In this document: in pieces, positions 1 to 13,834 of the stretch | How the letters are laid out: the number at the start of each line of letters is the position of its first letter | Numbering within the stretch: position 1 is the first letter of the stretch | Assembly (NCBI RefSeq): GCF_035084215.1 | Contig: NC_090329.1 | Coordinates: 29,388,001 to 29,452,000 of the forward strand | Length of the DNA stretch: 64,000 bases | Direction of reading: 5' to 3' | Origin: Heptranchias perlo | Lineage: Eukaryota | The notes under the pieces: model-generated | Told to the model about the DNA's origin: nothing | The model's input: only the letters and a program-made list of their open reading frames with translations | Database searches by the model: none | Translations under genes and position numbers: made by a program

Positions 1-53
1 ATTTAAAATAAAATTGCTGGACTATAACTTGGTGTTGTAAAATTGTTTACAAT
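1..53 (+). mobile_element. 3' part of Penelope-like hammerhead mini-element, cut by the window edge
   Basis: Bases 1-53 are identical to 26602-26654, the segment following the hammerhead motif in the 26556-26653 element. Confidence 0.8.
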
Positions 54-475
54 TCCCCTAAGAGAGCAGAGTCTATCTAACACAAAACTGGAAATAAAGT
101 TCAAATGGAATTGTCTTCAACTCTCTATGCTAGCTATGCAATGAGGCCATAGTGTTGAACCTTAGCACAGAGATGGATGCCTTGAGCTGCCATGCAGTAT
201 CAGTTACCTCTGGATCTACATTAGGTTTATGATAATTTCTTCCGACTCCAATCCTGAGATGGGTTGGTAGTCATTGTTCGCTGGTTATAAACAGAGGTAC
301 TCAACTTCATATTGGATTTCCTTTCATTATTGATCACAAATCATTCGAAATCCTCTCTTGTAACATACAAAACACAACAGCTATAGTGGTCCTATACTCC
401 AAAGACAGGGAAAAGAACACATAATTACAAGCACCTACCATTAACACCTACACAAGATTCTGCAACACTCCAAAT

Positions 476-580
476 CATAGTAGGTACAGCAAATGAGGAG
501 GCCATTCGGCCCATTTTGCCTCTGCCGGCTCTTTGAAAGAGCTATCTAATTAGTCCCATTCCCCTGCTCTTTCCCCATGA
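476..580 (-). mobile_element. CR1 LINE 3' tail remnant
   Basis: Resembles the reverse-strand CR1 3' end at 37133-37240 (GGAGGCCATTCGGCCCAT...TAGTCCCA..CCCC.GC..T.TCCCC). Confidence 0.6.
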
Positions 581-1234
581 ATGAAGCTGATGGAATGAAG
601 TTCTGGTGAGATCTATTGGACCATGGGAAGAGTTCAGTTTTATTTGACCATCACTGCCTCCTATCTTCCCAGTGCAAAGCCTTGAGACCACTGTGGCCTA
701 ATTCAGGGAAGGGAGAAAACAATCAGCACAGTTTAATATTTATTGAGCTTGCTGGGCTTGCAAGTAACACTGCTTGAACGAGTTGCCAAAAGAGAGAATG
801 GTCTTTTGGTACCAATAAGTATTTGGGAGACAGATTTTAACATATGTAACTAATTAGGATGCAATGGACAAAATTATAAAATGAATCTGGAGGGGGCACA
901 AAAGAAATCCATACCAATTAATTCAATGTCAAGTAGTACGTCGAGTATACTGAACTGCAAAAAATATACTCAAGCTTACTGGGCTTGGCTTTCAATGAAC
1001 AAAGAATATTGATGTTATCAAGGTCATAGTTTCATCATACCTCAAATATATTGACTAGATGTACCAAAGAGAGAACCTCTATCCTTAATGTAACCTTCCT
1101 CTGAACCCAGATATAGATTTTGGGAGCAATTACTGGGGTCCCAGCACTATAATAAATCATTCTTCAACACAACAAAAATTTCTATTAAGTAAAAATTCAA
1201 TGAATATCATTAAAGGCAGACATTATTAAAGTCA

Positions 1235-1637
1235 AACTCTCACCTGAGTCAGTAGGTTGTGAGTCCAAGCCCATTCCAGAGACTTAAACACATAATCTAG
1301 GCTGACAGTGAGGAAGTGTTGCACTGTTAAAGGTATTGTCTTTCAGGTGAGATGTTTAACTATGATGTCTGTCCTTTAAGTTGGATGTAAAAGATCCCAT
1401 GGGGAGTTCTCTTGATGTCCTGGCCAACATTTATCTTTCAATCAACATAATTAAAAGCCAATTATCTGGTGAATTCTCTCATTGCTGTTTTTGGGAGCTA
1501 GCTGTCCGTAAATTGGCTGCCATGTTTGAATACGTTACAAGTGTCCACACCTCACAAGTACTTCATTGGCTGTGAAGCGCTTTGAGAAGACATAAGGACA
1601 TGAAAGGTGCTATATAAAATGTAAGTTCTTTCTTTCC
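1235..1637 (+). mobile_element. tRNA-derived Deu-domain SINE (SacSINE1/AmnSINE1-like)
   Basis: Degenerate B-box region (GTGAGTCCAAGCCC), Deu-like core TGGATGTAAAAGATCCCATGG...TGTCCTGGCCAACATTTATC, and 3' tail CTGTGAAGCGCTTTG...AAAGGTGCTATATAAA shared with the adjacent L2 3' end. Family name is from recognition. Confidence 0.7.
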
Positions 1638-1715
1638 ATTATGTAAACAACAGATTGATTTTTTTTTAGTATAGCCTAATATGAAAACTTACCATTTTAA
1701 AACCCAATAGACAAT

Positions 1716-1940
1716 TAGCTGCCTAGGCCATAAGGTCTGGAACTCCCTCCATAAACCTCTCCACTTCTCTCTCCTTCAAGATGCTCCTTAAAACCTACCT
1801 CTTTGACCAAGCTTTTGGTCACCTGACCTAATATCTCCTTATGTGGCTAGGTGTCAATTTTATTCTGATAACGCTTCTGTGAAGTGCCTTGGGATGTTTT
1901 ACTACATTAAAGGCGCTATATAAATGCAAGATTTTGTTGA
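1716..1940 (+). mobile_element. L2-clade LINE 3' end
   Basis: CTCCTTAAAACCTACCTCTTTGACCAAGCTTTTGGTCACC...AAAGGCGCTATATAAATGCAAG + (TTG) tail; reverse complement matches 2745-2960 and 28411-28615. Confidence 0.75.
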
Positions 1941-2744
1941 CATCCACTACAACAGTTTTTTCTCCAGAGTTAAGTATTGATGGAGTGTCAAACTACCAAT
2001 TTGGTTAGGGACATACACAGAGCTTTTCATGCATTTTATCTCAATATGTTGTCTGTAAACAGCACATACTTTTTGATGTCTCCGGTTATAAAGCAACGTT
2101 ATTTTGTGGCTAACCGAAGGTGGTGGTGGGGAATAAACAACATTTTAAAACTTTTATAAAATAACTAAAATTATATACCTAAGTACTATGCAATAACATG
2201 CAATATTTAAACAGGTGAAGGTTTTTGATATATGACTGGGTTGATCATAATGGACAATTAATGGGGAAAAAAATCAGATGCAAGGTTCCAATGGTAACGT
2301 AGACCATTACAGTACACTCTGTTCGGAAAACCAAATTCCATTTAAATAAGGTTGACTCAAAGAAATAATAACAAAAAATTTATGTGGAGAAAAATTGATA
2401 TTTAGCAAAACATGCCTGTGACACCAGGCAACTTTGTCTCGTTTTGGTCTGGTAGCTGTCCCTTTAAATCACAAGATAAATGAGATTTTAAAAAGACAGA
2501 TGTGCAGCCTCAACCTATTTTATTACATATATTGCAAAGTTTGTTATTATAGTTTCCCTGGTAACAGGTTTGGGAGGAGCTATAACACACAATTTTCAAA
2601 TATATGATAGAATTTGTGATTGGTTTAGTTATGAATGTGACAGCCTGTTATAATTTTCAATGAGATAGGAAATTATGAATTTTTAAATGAGCCTTGGCAA
2701 CAGGTCAAGAGCTATAAAAAGGAACAAATCATGAATCGTTCTCC

Positions 2745-4420
2745 CAACAACAACAACTTGCACTTGCATAGAACCTTTAAGATAGAAAAACATCCTAAGG
2801 TGCGTCACAGAAGCACGGTCAGACAAAAAATGAATGCCAAGCCAAAGATAGGGATATTAGGAGGGGTGACCAAAAACTTGGTAAAAGAAGCAGGTTTTAA
2901 GGAGGCTCTTAATGAAGGAGAGGGAGGTAGAGAGGCAGAAGGGTTTAGGGAGGAAATTTCAGAGTGCCTTTATTTATTTTTGGGATGTGGGCGTTACTCG
3001 CAAAGCCGGCATTTATTGCGCATCCCTAGTTGCCCAGATTAAATACAACCGACTGACTTGCTGGGCCACTTCAGAGGTCAGTTAAGAGTCGATCACATTG
3101 GTGTGGGACTGGAGTCACATATAGGCCAGACCAGGTAATGACGGCAGATTTCCTTCCCTAAAGGGCATTAATAAACTAGTTGGGTTTTTACGACAATCCT
3201 ACAGCTACTGATCACTTTTACTGATACCAGCTTTTTATTTCCAGATCGCAGCCTAGGCGGATGAATGCATGGCTGCCAATGCTGGGGTGAAGGGATGGAG
3301 GGATAAGCAAGAGGCCAGGAGTGATGGGTAAGCGCAACTTAATGTAGGAAAGGATTGAGAGAGCCGAATTTTGGATTACCTAAAGCTTACTAAGCGTGAA
3401 GGACGGCAGGATGGCCAGCAGAGCACTGGAAGATGGGAGGTGACAAAAGCACGAATAAGGGTGTCAGCAGCAGTTGGGCTAAGGTAACTGGTGTTGGCTC
3501 AGGGTCGAATAAGATGTCAAGGTTGCAAATAGTCTCGTTCAATCTGAGACAATGGCCGGGGAGGGGGATGGAATCAGCAGTGAGTGTACTGAGTTTTTAA
3601 AGAGGGGGCCAGAGACGGAGGCTTCATTCTTCCTAATATTTAGCGGAAGGAAATTGCGGCTCATCTAGGACTGGATGTCGGACAAATAGTTTAACAACAC
3701 AGAGGCAGTAGAGGTGTCGAGAGGTGATGGAGAAGTAGAGCTGGGTGTCATCAGCGTGTATGTGTAAGCTGATGTCACAAAAGGGTAACGTGTACACAAG
3801 GAAAAGGAAGGGGGGCCAAGGTTAGATCCTTGGAGGACAGTGGTAATGCTGCATGTGCAGGAAGAAAAGCCATTGCTGAAGAAGCAAGGCTACGATTGGA
3901 TAGACAACACTGGAATGAAGTGAGGGCAGTCCCACTCAGCTGGACAACGGAGGAGAGGCTTTGGATGAGGATGCTGTGGTCGACCACGTCAAAGGTTGCA
4001 AGGAGGACGAAAAGAGAAAATGCACCACCATCACAGTCACAAAAGGTGGTATTTGTTACTTTGATTAGGGCCATTTCAATGCTATGGAAGGAGTGGAAAC
4101 CTGCTTGGAGAAATTCAAATGTGGAGTTGCAGGAAATATTTTTCAGATTTGGGAAGCAAGAACACATTGAGTTGGCAAGGTCGAAGGGGTGGCTGTGAAA
4201 ACGAGAAGGAGAGTTTACATGGAGAGAGGGGTTTAGGAAGGACAGGAGGGCAGTGAACCAGAGGAGAGAAGGCAAGTTGAGTGAAGATGGAGATTGAAAT
4301 CATTACGGATGAGTCGCTCAGTGCAGAGGCAGATGGAGCATATCTTAGGAAGAAACTCGGGATGAAGTTTGGGGGGCAGTATTTTAAAAGGATTTTAAAA
4401 GGAGAGGCAAGAAAGTGGAA
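2745..4420 (-). mobile_element. L2-clade LINE fragment (degenerate RT region plus 3' end)
   Basis: ORF 3775-4275 contains LQAGFHSFHSIEMALIKVTN...LATFDVVDHSILIQSLS (L2 RT: QSGFR..HSTETAL.KV.ND...AFDTVDH.ILL..L); (CAA)n tail at 2745-2760. Confidence 0.85.
2968..3245 (-). mobile_element. SINE fragment nested in L2, sharing its 3' tail with the poly(A) CR1-group LINE family B
   Basis: 2968-3036 is the reverse complement of GGGCAA.TAGGGATG.GCAATAAATGC.GGC...GCCCACATCCC..(A)n, the tail at 34961-35032; the rest of the body is unrelated to the LINE. The L2 sequence resumes at ~3246. Confidence 0.65.
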
Positions 4421-4444
4421 CAAGATATTGAACAAACTGAGATC

Positions 4445-4577
4445 TTCTTAGAGTGGGAAAAATTTGCAAGGCTATGGGGAAACAGCAGGGGAGTAGGATT
4501 ATTTGGATAGCTTTTTCAAAGAGCTAGCACAGACATGATGGGCCGAATGACCTCCTTCTGTGCTATATGATTCTAGG
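4445..4577 (+). mobile_element. CR1 3' end fragment
   Basis: GCAAGGCTATGGGGAAA...ATGGGCCGAATGACCTCCTTCTGTGCT...ATGATTCTA tail, same family as 37133-39180. Confidence 0.65.
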
Positions 4578-4884
4578 TAGATTTTAGCTAGTTCACACAG
4601 CTCATAAGGAGATACAGCTGTATAGTTTGCAAAAATCTAGAGTGAAAAAGTGTAGAAAGGACCCAAAAACAAAAGTGTTCTTAAGTAGGGTAGTTGTTAT
4701 GTACAAACTGTGGAAAAAAAGTTGTGCATGTAGAATATGGTGCTCTTGATTGATTTATCACAAAAAAACCCTCCAAGTTATAATTAGTGCACTTGAAAAG
4801 TTGTACTGGATTGGAATGAGTTACATGATGGCAGGTAACGAAAGGACATTGGTTCACAGAAAATTAAATGTTTAGTGCTAACAG

Positions 4885-5480
4885 CATAAGAAATAGTAGC
4901 AGGAGTAGGCTAAACGGCCCCTCGAGCCTTTTCTGCCATTCTTCGACCTCAACTCCACTTTCCTGCCCAATCCCCATATCCCTTGACCCCCCTAGAGTCC
5001 AAAAATCTATCTATCTTAGCCTTGAACATATTCAACGACTAAGCATCCATAGCCCTCTGGGGTAGAGAATTCCAAAGATTCACAACCCTATGAATGAAGA
5101 AATTCCTCCTCATCTCAGTCTTAAATCCCTTATCCTGCAACTATGCCTCCTAGTTCTAGACTCTCCAGGCTGGAGAAACAACCTCTCAGCATCTACCCTG
5201 TCAAGCCCCCTCAGTATCTTATATGTTTCAATGAGATGACCTCACATTCTTCTAAACTCCAGAGAGTATAGGCCCATTCCACCCAATCTCTCCTCATAGG
5301 ACAACCCTCTCATCCCGGGAATTAATTTAGTGAACCTTTGTTGCACCACCTGAGGCTAGTATATCCTTCCTTAGATAAGTAGAACAAAACTATACACAGT
5401 ATTCCAGGTGAGGTCTCACCAAAGCCCTGTACAATTGCAGTAAGACTTCCTTACTCTTGTACTCCAACCTCCTTGCAAGA
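4885..5480 (-). mobile_element. CR1 LINE 3' fragment
   Basis: Reverse complement encodes the CR1 ORF2 C-terminus (LYRALVRPHLEYCV...GLYSLEFRRM); the CATAAGAAATAG tail matches 56693-56720. Confidence 0.85.
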
Positions 5481-6574
5481 ACTCACAAGTGACGCAGCCT
5501 CTGTGATAATTCATGCTTTAAAAGTATTGTTTTCTCTTTTAATGGTTGTGCAGTACTGCCTCCCCCATGTGAAATATGAAAGGTATATCTTACACATTCT
5601 ATTCTTAAAGGTTACATGCCCACTCTGATGATTCACCCACTGCAATCAAATTAATACTGACTTTGCCATCGGCACATCCAATGCTTCCAGATACTGCACT
5701 GACAGATAGTTAGCCTGAAAACATTTTGATAGTGTAAGATTGCTATAATATTTATTTCAAACATGGAAGGATGCAGAAATTAAATAAGCATTCATATTAG
5801 AACAGATCAAATACTACAGAACACAAAGCAATATTCTCACACAGACAGCACTGAAAGTCCATTAAAGTACCAATTTGCTTAATACAGCTCCTCTCCAGCA
5901 GAAAAGGTTTTCCAAGTTTCCTGGAGAATACTTTTAGAATACCACGCTTCAGGATTCAGCAGGATCTACAAGAGGGCCTCTCCCTTACAGAAAACACCTT
6001 AGTTTAGAAGCACAAATTCTCTTTGATGTTGTATTTCAAATTAACCTTAAATGAAACTGTCCACAAAGAGCACAATGGTCGCGTTCAAGAATCTGTTGAT
6101 CAATTCTGGAGGCATGGCTCAGCAAGTCACACAAAATACAATGATATAAACAATAATCATGATATGAATCCTTTTTAAAAAGTAGTGAGTTCAAAATGCT
6201 GAAATATACTAATGACTCAATGATGCCTTAGCGGGTGTCATCCCATACATAGCTTCATACTGTCTTTAGATTCAAGGCAACAAACTTCTTGAAAATTGAT
6301 CAAAGGATAAACTTCCAGACAGTGGGGAGCCCACCAGTCAGCTTGAATGTTACAAAAAAACATGACAACATATATCTTAACTTCAATTGCGTAAGATGTT
6401 AAAAATATATCCAATCATTGCATGACAAAATTTTGAACTTTCATCACAATCCCCAATACATATTCAAATTATAACATTTCTATTCACTCTTAAATATGTT
6501 GTTAGTTAATCTCATTTTTTTTTTTAAAAGTGGACTTAATGTTTGCTTATGCCAATGTTTGCTATTTTTGACAG

Positions 6575-7045
6575 CTTCTACCCTTATCCTCCATATTTCA
6601 AAAAACTACTCTGCCCAGCTTCCTCACCAGAATCTTCTCCTCTGGACCTCCACCTAGCATGATATTACTCCCACCACTAACCTGGTCAAAGTCACCAGTG
6701 ATATCCTGTATGACTGTGACCACAGTGTGTTATTCCTCAAAGATCATTCTGCAGGCTTTGATAAGCTCAACTATGCCCTCCCCATCCACCACTTCTGCTC
6801 TGTGGTCCTCTCCCATTGTTCCGGTTCTATCACCAGATAATGTCACCAGCATTATCTCTTGGAATGGCTTTCCATTCTGTGTCTGCACGGTGCCCTCTGA
6901 CATGTCCCAAGGATATATTTATTCTCCTTGTGTATGGATTTCAAAACCTTCATCTACAACTCCCTCCATAACCTCATTCCTTATTAGCATTGCAACTTCC
7001 CACATCCCAGATAGCATCCACTGCTCTTCTAACTCTGGACCACTG
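6575..7045 (+). mobile_element. Highly degenerate L2 RT fragment
   Basis: CTGGTCAAAGTCACCAGTGATATCCTGTATGACTGTGACCA matches the L2 LIKVTNDIL.DCD segment, homologous to the reverse complement of ~4030-4070. Confidence 0.55.
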
Positions 7046-8195
7046 TTGTGATTTATAATTGTATTTTGTATTGTTTTGGATCACTTAATGTAGTTGTGTT
7101 CTGTATTCGGTTAAAATAATTATATTACTTAAAGCTAGTTGTGAACTGCAAGAACAAGTGCTTGATCTCTGTGATCGATCATTCATAAGGGGATTATTTT
7201 CTCTTATGCTGCAAATCATATGAGTAGCACCTTTGAACTGTCAGACAAGAATCTATGAAATTGGTAACCCTAACAATATAGAAAGCTGTTTAGAAGCATC
7301 CTTGGAGAAAAAACAATTAACATTGAAAAAAATCATAAAAGGAACCTTGAGAAGGCTAACAATGAGGGAAGATAGATCACTCCTGAATGCCTGGGTTAAA
7401 CTGAGTCCCAATGCTGAAACTATGAGAATTGGAATATAAACGTCTGCTCGAAGAAAGAATAGATAATGACTGTCTGCATTGGAAGATTGTTGTTATAAAC
7501 AAATGGGACAGAAGGGGGCAACCAAGCCTCTTGGTGTTTGTTTAACTTAGTCGAGATAAGTAAAAGAACCTTGAGGAGGATTAAAACAGGACATAGAAGA
7601 AAACTGGTAATAAGTAAAAGGACCCAGGAGGATGGTTAAAAATAAGATGAGGAAAAAAAATCAGTAGTAAACAAGTGAGTTATAAAAGTCCAAGCAGAAA
7701 AGGGAAAATTGCTGTCATCAGACAAGATGAGCCAGCAGCAGGCCAGAAATGTTGATAGGTAAACTAGTCAGCCTGGACGTGGAGGAGCAGGACCAAGCCA
7801 TCATTAGGGCGTATGTGCCCAGATCACATATTAGTCATGTAAGAAATAATATTATATTATGAATTGGAGAAACAATATATAAACTAAGTAGAGAATTTAA
7901 AATCAAATATCCAAACTATACCATGATGAACTTTACTGAATGAATTGCATGAATTGGCAGTACTAAAGGTTATAGTGTGAAGTCAAAAGATTACAGTCAC
8001 AGGTTACGCTAGACGTACATAATTTACTTTGCCAGCTGCAGCCCTGTCCCACAGTGAAACAACTAAAATCAGAAACTCGGCTGTGTGAGTATGAACCTGT
8101 CATGACGGCTTCCTGACACTGCCAACATAAATGCTACTTTTGTTCTTTAACCAATTAAATTTAGTTTTGCGCTAAAGTTACTATATAGTAAAATA

Positions 8196-8565
8196 TACTG
8201 TACCAACTCAAGTACAAGACTAGAAATTTAGGCTATTCACTGGGAGTTGAAAATAGGGCCATCGTCTTGTACACGAGTCATTGTGGTGGATAGTAATGTC
8301 CTATTTTGGGGCGTGCACCCACTGGATGCTGGCCATATTTTAGACAGTCCAGCGTCACTCCCCTCTCTCCAGCTTCTGCTTCCTATGCAGCAGTAGAAAC
8401 ATATGGAACAGTCAGCACACATTCAAGTAAACTTTCCTGCTCACTGCGGGGGGCCACAGTGACCGATTGAACTTTTATACATCGTAGATTTTTTCAAGAT
8501 TTTAGGCTGGAAAGATGGGACGTCATTTTATACACGGGTCACCTTACATGCAAGGATATATGGTA
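8196..8565. mobile_element. Degenerate non-autonomous Tc1/mariner-pogo (Tigger-like) element
   Basis: Imperfect terminal inverted repeats TACTGTACCAACTCAAGTACAAGAC / CCTTACATGCAAGGATATATGGTA with internal TTGTACACGAG / TTATACACGGG subrepeats; TA at both ends. Confidence 0.45.
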
Positions 8566-11500
8566 ATTTACATGTATTCTTCATACAACAATAGCTCATT
8601 AATTTTATACTCAAAAAACTAGTTAGTAAAGATGATAGTCACTTATTGTAATCTTTCTTTGTACTTAACTGTTCTCAAATAAAATGTAGAAAAATCTTAA
8701 CTTGTTAAAAGACCACAGTACATTGAAGCAAATAATCAGTTCTGATTTGACACTAATTAGCTATGCCTCGTAAGTTCTCAAAGGTCCATCATATCTTTAA
8801 GAATGCAAGAGTTAAAAGATAACAAATCTTAGAATAATTTTTAGTATTTTAAGCTGGAATTTGGTTAATGGAGCAATACAATTAAAAATATATTTTCCAT
8901 GAGATTTTTTCTTTATTTTCTTCCTTTGCAAGCAGCTCATAAACATCCATCCTCATCCAGTCGGTATCTGAAATCCGACAGGACAGTGGACCTTCATCAC
9001 TGCTCATGCTCTTCCATTGCTTAGATTGTTATCTGCTGACCAATGCCATTATCCCTACCAGATGGAATATCTTAAAGCATTCCATCTGGCAGCCTGGTTG
9101 AAAATTGTCGCAATTCACCTAGTCAAGTGGGAGTAACACGCAGCCTAGAGACTCTTGTTTGATCTGATTGGTAGTCAAATGATCAGCTGCTTCAGCCATA
9201 AAGCTGTCCAATAAATGCATATGATCTATTTAACTGGGGTACACAGTATATGTGGAGGAGGTCAACAAATCATCATTAAAGATTCAGACTATCAACCATG
9301 TGACATTGTAAGTACAGGACCATTGGGGCTCTCAAACAGTTATGTTGAAGAGCAAATCTATCCAGTCCTTTCTTTAAAAAATATTTTTTTAAAAACACAA
9401 AAAGAATTATGATCAACTTTAAAATCCTGTTTTTAAATATATTTTTCATATTGTTTGTTTCAATAGATCCCCTACTATGGCATTAAAGGGAAATTTGAAT
9501 GAGAGGCGTTACTGATCCAGACAGTGTGAGGGAGCTGAATTAGCACCAAAGCAAAGAAAGTCATTAACTCAAGATGATTCAGCAACTGGGGGTGTTTCAA
9601 TTCTCCATGTTAATTCACTTCCCTCAATGTCAGGGACAGCAATTCTTCTAAATCCCACATCACTGTTCAAATAAAAAGACTAAAATAAAGTATGTTAATT
9701 CTTTTTCTAAAAGGTGGTGAAACTCATACTTTATCAGGTAAATGAATTTTTTATTTTGATTCATCATTTTTATAAACCATAATGATTACATTTATGCAAT
9801 CTGAGTACTATTTCAGGCTACAGATTAGCATCCAGCACAGAATAAATGCTATTTACAGGGCTTGCAAGTTTCAAAGCAAAAAGTTATACATTTGTACACA
9901 AACATAGTTCTTCTACCATGCTTATATGGAGTTTGCCATTTTACCAGAGGCTATATGCACACAAGATTGTAAATTCATGTTACATTACAGCATAAATGAA
10001 AAATATTTGATGCTTCAAGATATTGTTTAACAATCTGTAGCAATTTTCTGGAATTCATAAACAATCAGAATGGAAAATTAAAAAACAAATTAAAAGTATG
10101 CATTTAGGCATGTATTTTAAATTTGATGAATTTTCTGTTTGAAGTCAACAAGAAAGCAAACAGCCTCTCTTATCTTGGTGCAACCACATCAAGAGCACTT
10201 GTGCTGAAGTGAGACATTTTAAGCTAGACATCTGAAAGGGTATAATCCTTTGCATGTCTGGGATGTCCTCCAGCTGGAAGGACAGGATGTGGATAGCAGC
10301 TTTGGAGACTTTTCCATGGCTGCTGTCGGCACTAGCAGAACAGCGCACAATATGCTGTTCCCAAGGTGGCATATACTACTTTCAACAATTATAATCCTCT
10401 TAAAGCACCACTGCTTTCATAAAAATGCATTTGGCAATTTTGCTTTTGACATTTTTTTTATTTGGCAAGGCAGAACAGTCAGAATTTTTTTATCACCACA
10501 ATGATTTGCCTGCATGTGACATGCTGATGATGTGTTAACACACAGGTCCATTTATATCACTAATCTTTGCATTTCCAAACAAATGAAAAATTGTTTCTCC
10601 AACACTTTTTCAAGACACTGTCCTTTAAATTGGTATGAATCTTCAAAGGGCAAAACTCCTAACCATGCTCCAGAAATGAAAAAAAATACAGAAAGTCATT
10701 GCAAGAAGTGCTTCAAATGCAATCTTCATTTTATAGTACATTGTTGAATGCTAAATATCACTGTGATACTCTTAGGTGCATATTGCACTGTATTGCTCAT
10801 TAAAATTCGGGTCTTTACTATTTGTAATCTTACAATAATTTGCTCCATCCATTCATCGATGTAATTGCTTCAAAATCTACTTATTCGATGTAAAACAAGC
10901 CGAAAATCAAGAGGTAAAAAAATGAGCGTGCAATAACTTTATGCTGAATGTGAAAAAATATTTTCGGCAAACAAAATACATAAGAAACTGGATGTAAACA
11001 AAATTTCAAACCAAGAATGGATTTATACAACTGAAATAGCCAGCTCTGTTTGATAAGATTTTCTCAAAGAAATGTAATGTAAACACATAGGTAATAATAT
11101 AACTGCTCCTCTATAACTGTGAAAAAAGTTAATTTTCACACATGTAAATGACAGTCCACTGAATGTTTAATCATTACAAGCAAAATGTATAAGGAACTCT
11201 TAAATGACAAAAGGAGTCCTCCTGAAGAAGTGTATTAACATCCCCCCCACCAAAATAAAATACAAGGACACTTAAACTTCATAACAAGAGAAATGGACCC
11301 ATAAGGCCGTTTTCATTTATGCAAAAGGAAAGACTTTTTAAAAACGAATTCCCAATTCCACCTATTTTTGTAATTCAACATTATAAATATCGCAAAAGTC
11401 AGATGTTTTATAATCCATATGTTTCTTGACATGCAGTAAAATCAGTTTTCAAAACAATCAAAGAGCAGTTCCTCAAAATGAGAAACAGATAAGCTAGAAT

Positions 11501-11849
11501 GTTTCAGTCAAGAAAAGAACCTATGGCTTGGTAACTAGAAGGACTGGTGGCTTAAAAGAATAAGCATTAACTAAACAAAATTGCAACTTGATATAAATTT
11601 CAAAACATGCTAAGTTCAGTAACATAAGAAAAGATTCTGCATAATACACGGATGAGGTAGTCAAGACGCTAAGACCGATGAGGGAGGTGGCAAAAGAAAC
11701 ATTGGGGCTGATTTAATACTGTACTGAACGCTGGCATCATCTTGGCACAGACACTGCAAATGCTGTAGAAGATGGGCTTGTTTTGCAGTGCCTCAGGATT
11801 TCCGAGGCATTAAATACATAGGCCCAGACCAGCAACAGATGCCAGTTGC

Positions 11850-12000
11850 AAATAAAAAGAAAAAAACCTCTAAAATGCTGAAAATCTGAAATAAAACAAA
11901 ATGGTCTATACCTAAAGCATTAATCAGTCTTTTCTCTTTACAGATGCTGATGAACCTCATGTGTACTTACAGCATTTTCTGTTTTTATTTCAGATGCTGA
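11850..12000. mobile_element. Old Penelope-like short inverted repeat remnant (second family)
   Basis: AAATGCTGAAAATCTGAAATAAAACA versus CAGCATTTTCTGTTTTTATTTCAGAT form inverted arms around TCTCTTTACAGATGCTG; resembles a common shark PLE-derived repeat. The hammerhead core is no longer recognisable. Confidence 0.45.
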
Positions 12001-13834
12001 AGTCACATTTGCTTGCATTGTGTTAGGGAGAAACAGCCAAGGGTTGTGATTGTTTTTGTATCAGGATCATTATCTTTTTCCTTAAAAATAATGGGGTAAA
12101 GCCTGTCCAGTTAGGAGCTAAAAAATGCTATGTTGTAAAAAAAATTAATTTTTATTGCTGGACAAAACTAATGAATTCCTCGAGGATGTGGAAGGCAGTT
12201 TTTTTTAAAAAAACGAAAAGAAAAATCCAGTTATCTCAATTTCAGTATTCCATAGATGTTACAGTGACACAAAAGCTGAATGTATCAATGAGCTTCAGCA
12301 CAGAGTACCACACTTCCTACTTCCACGTTGCAAATTCCAAATTATAGCCAGAGGAGACACAAAGCAAAGACAACATGCTTCTACTCCAGAAGGAGAGGTG
12401 GAAAAAATTTAGATAACTCAGAGTTTCAGTCAATTCTGAACTTCTTGTAGACCACCCAGCAGTAGATTTATAGCAGCAAATATCCCTCGGCTGGAAAAAG
12501 TGCAAGGGATCCAAAAGAGGGACAGGAATTCATCCAAAAAAAGGATAGTTTTATTAAGGTGGAAAATCAATACATTAAAATGCTCAATCCCTCCCAATCT
12601 GACAACACTGCTGCAAACTCATTAACAAGAATTGCCATATTTGCCACTGCAGAAACAAAATTGTAACAGCAAACTACTCAGTTTGGCTATGCTGATAACA
12701 GAAACATTAAAGATAGAGCAAAAAATCTGTGAAATCAAGAGACAGCAAGATGCTGCAATGGAACACCATTGATATCTATCAAAGGATGAGCAAGATGAGG
12801 CAAAATGGCCTCCCCAATTTGTACTCAACCTTTATGTCTCAACCTCAGAAATTGTGTCTTTTATGACTTCCAAAAGACAAGATTTTCAGCAAAACAAAGT
12901 GTACTATTACTGAAATAAACAAAATATCAAAGAACATTATTTTGTATGTACAGTATGCATCACCCAAGCCCTTTGGTTACTATATTCAACCAGTGCATGA
13001 AGCAGGAGTATGATGCAGTGACTTAAATGGAAAACGACTGTACACAAAATCATAGAATCGTTACAGCACAGAAAGACACCATAACGATTCTATGATTCCC
13101 TTTTGCTTTCCTTTAGCAGGTTTTGATGCAGTCTTCAAGACTAACGTACTCAAGGACTGTGGACTAAATGGATTTTGGCTGGCACTCAAAGCTGTTCTGT
13201 TAACAGAACATTTTCTCCAGGCTCAACCAAACTTTAACTTATTGATCTCTTTGGATGCAGGCTCTGTTTTATGCTTACCGTGCAGCCACTTCAGGTTTTC
13301 AAAAGATTAGTAACCAACCAAGCTTTTATACTTCATCTACTGCAGAGCATGTTTGTGAAAGTACCATTATACACATGGCATAAACAATCTACCAGGTACG
13401 ACTGCAAATCATTGGAACTAACAATGTAATTTTGACTGCACCGCTCGAAGACTCTAGATTCAACAAAACTGGATTTTAAAATGCCTACCAGCTTTGACAA
13501 ATACTTATAGTGATGTCGCATTTCACTAGCTTTACAGCAATAAATAGACCAAAACAAAAAAAGCAATATGTCAGGATTTATCAAAGGTAAAATCTAGTTT
13601 ATTCATTGAAGAATACACAGGAAATATAAACATTTTCCTAAGATACTAACATTTCACCAAAGCGAATGAGTTGGTGCCCAATATTTGTTACAAAAACTAG
13701 ATCTGGATTTGTTTTTGTTTTTAAATTGATTTATTAATAAATGAACTGCACATTATTGGATTTCATTTTTTTTTAAATGAGCCTCTTTCACAGACAGACT
13801 TTGGAAGATACCTAGTACGCATTATTACATTTGT

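Noticed and set aside
7044-7995. Possible ~950-bp solo LTR (TG...CA, internal TATAAAA)
   Set aside because: No convincing TSD and no second copy in the window.
12300-12830. Possible Gypsy gag/protease remnant
   Set aside because: Only faint knuckle-like residues; too degenerate to support.
13711-13815. Similarity to 20761-20845 (TGATTTATTAATAAAT...GACT.TGGAAGA)
   Set aside because: Probably an old repeat end, but AT-rich and too short to classify.
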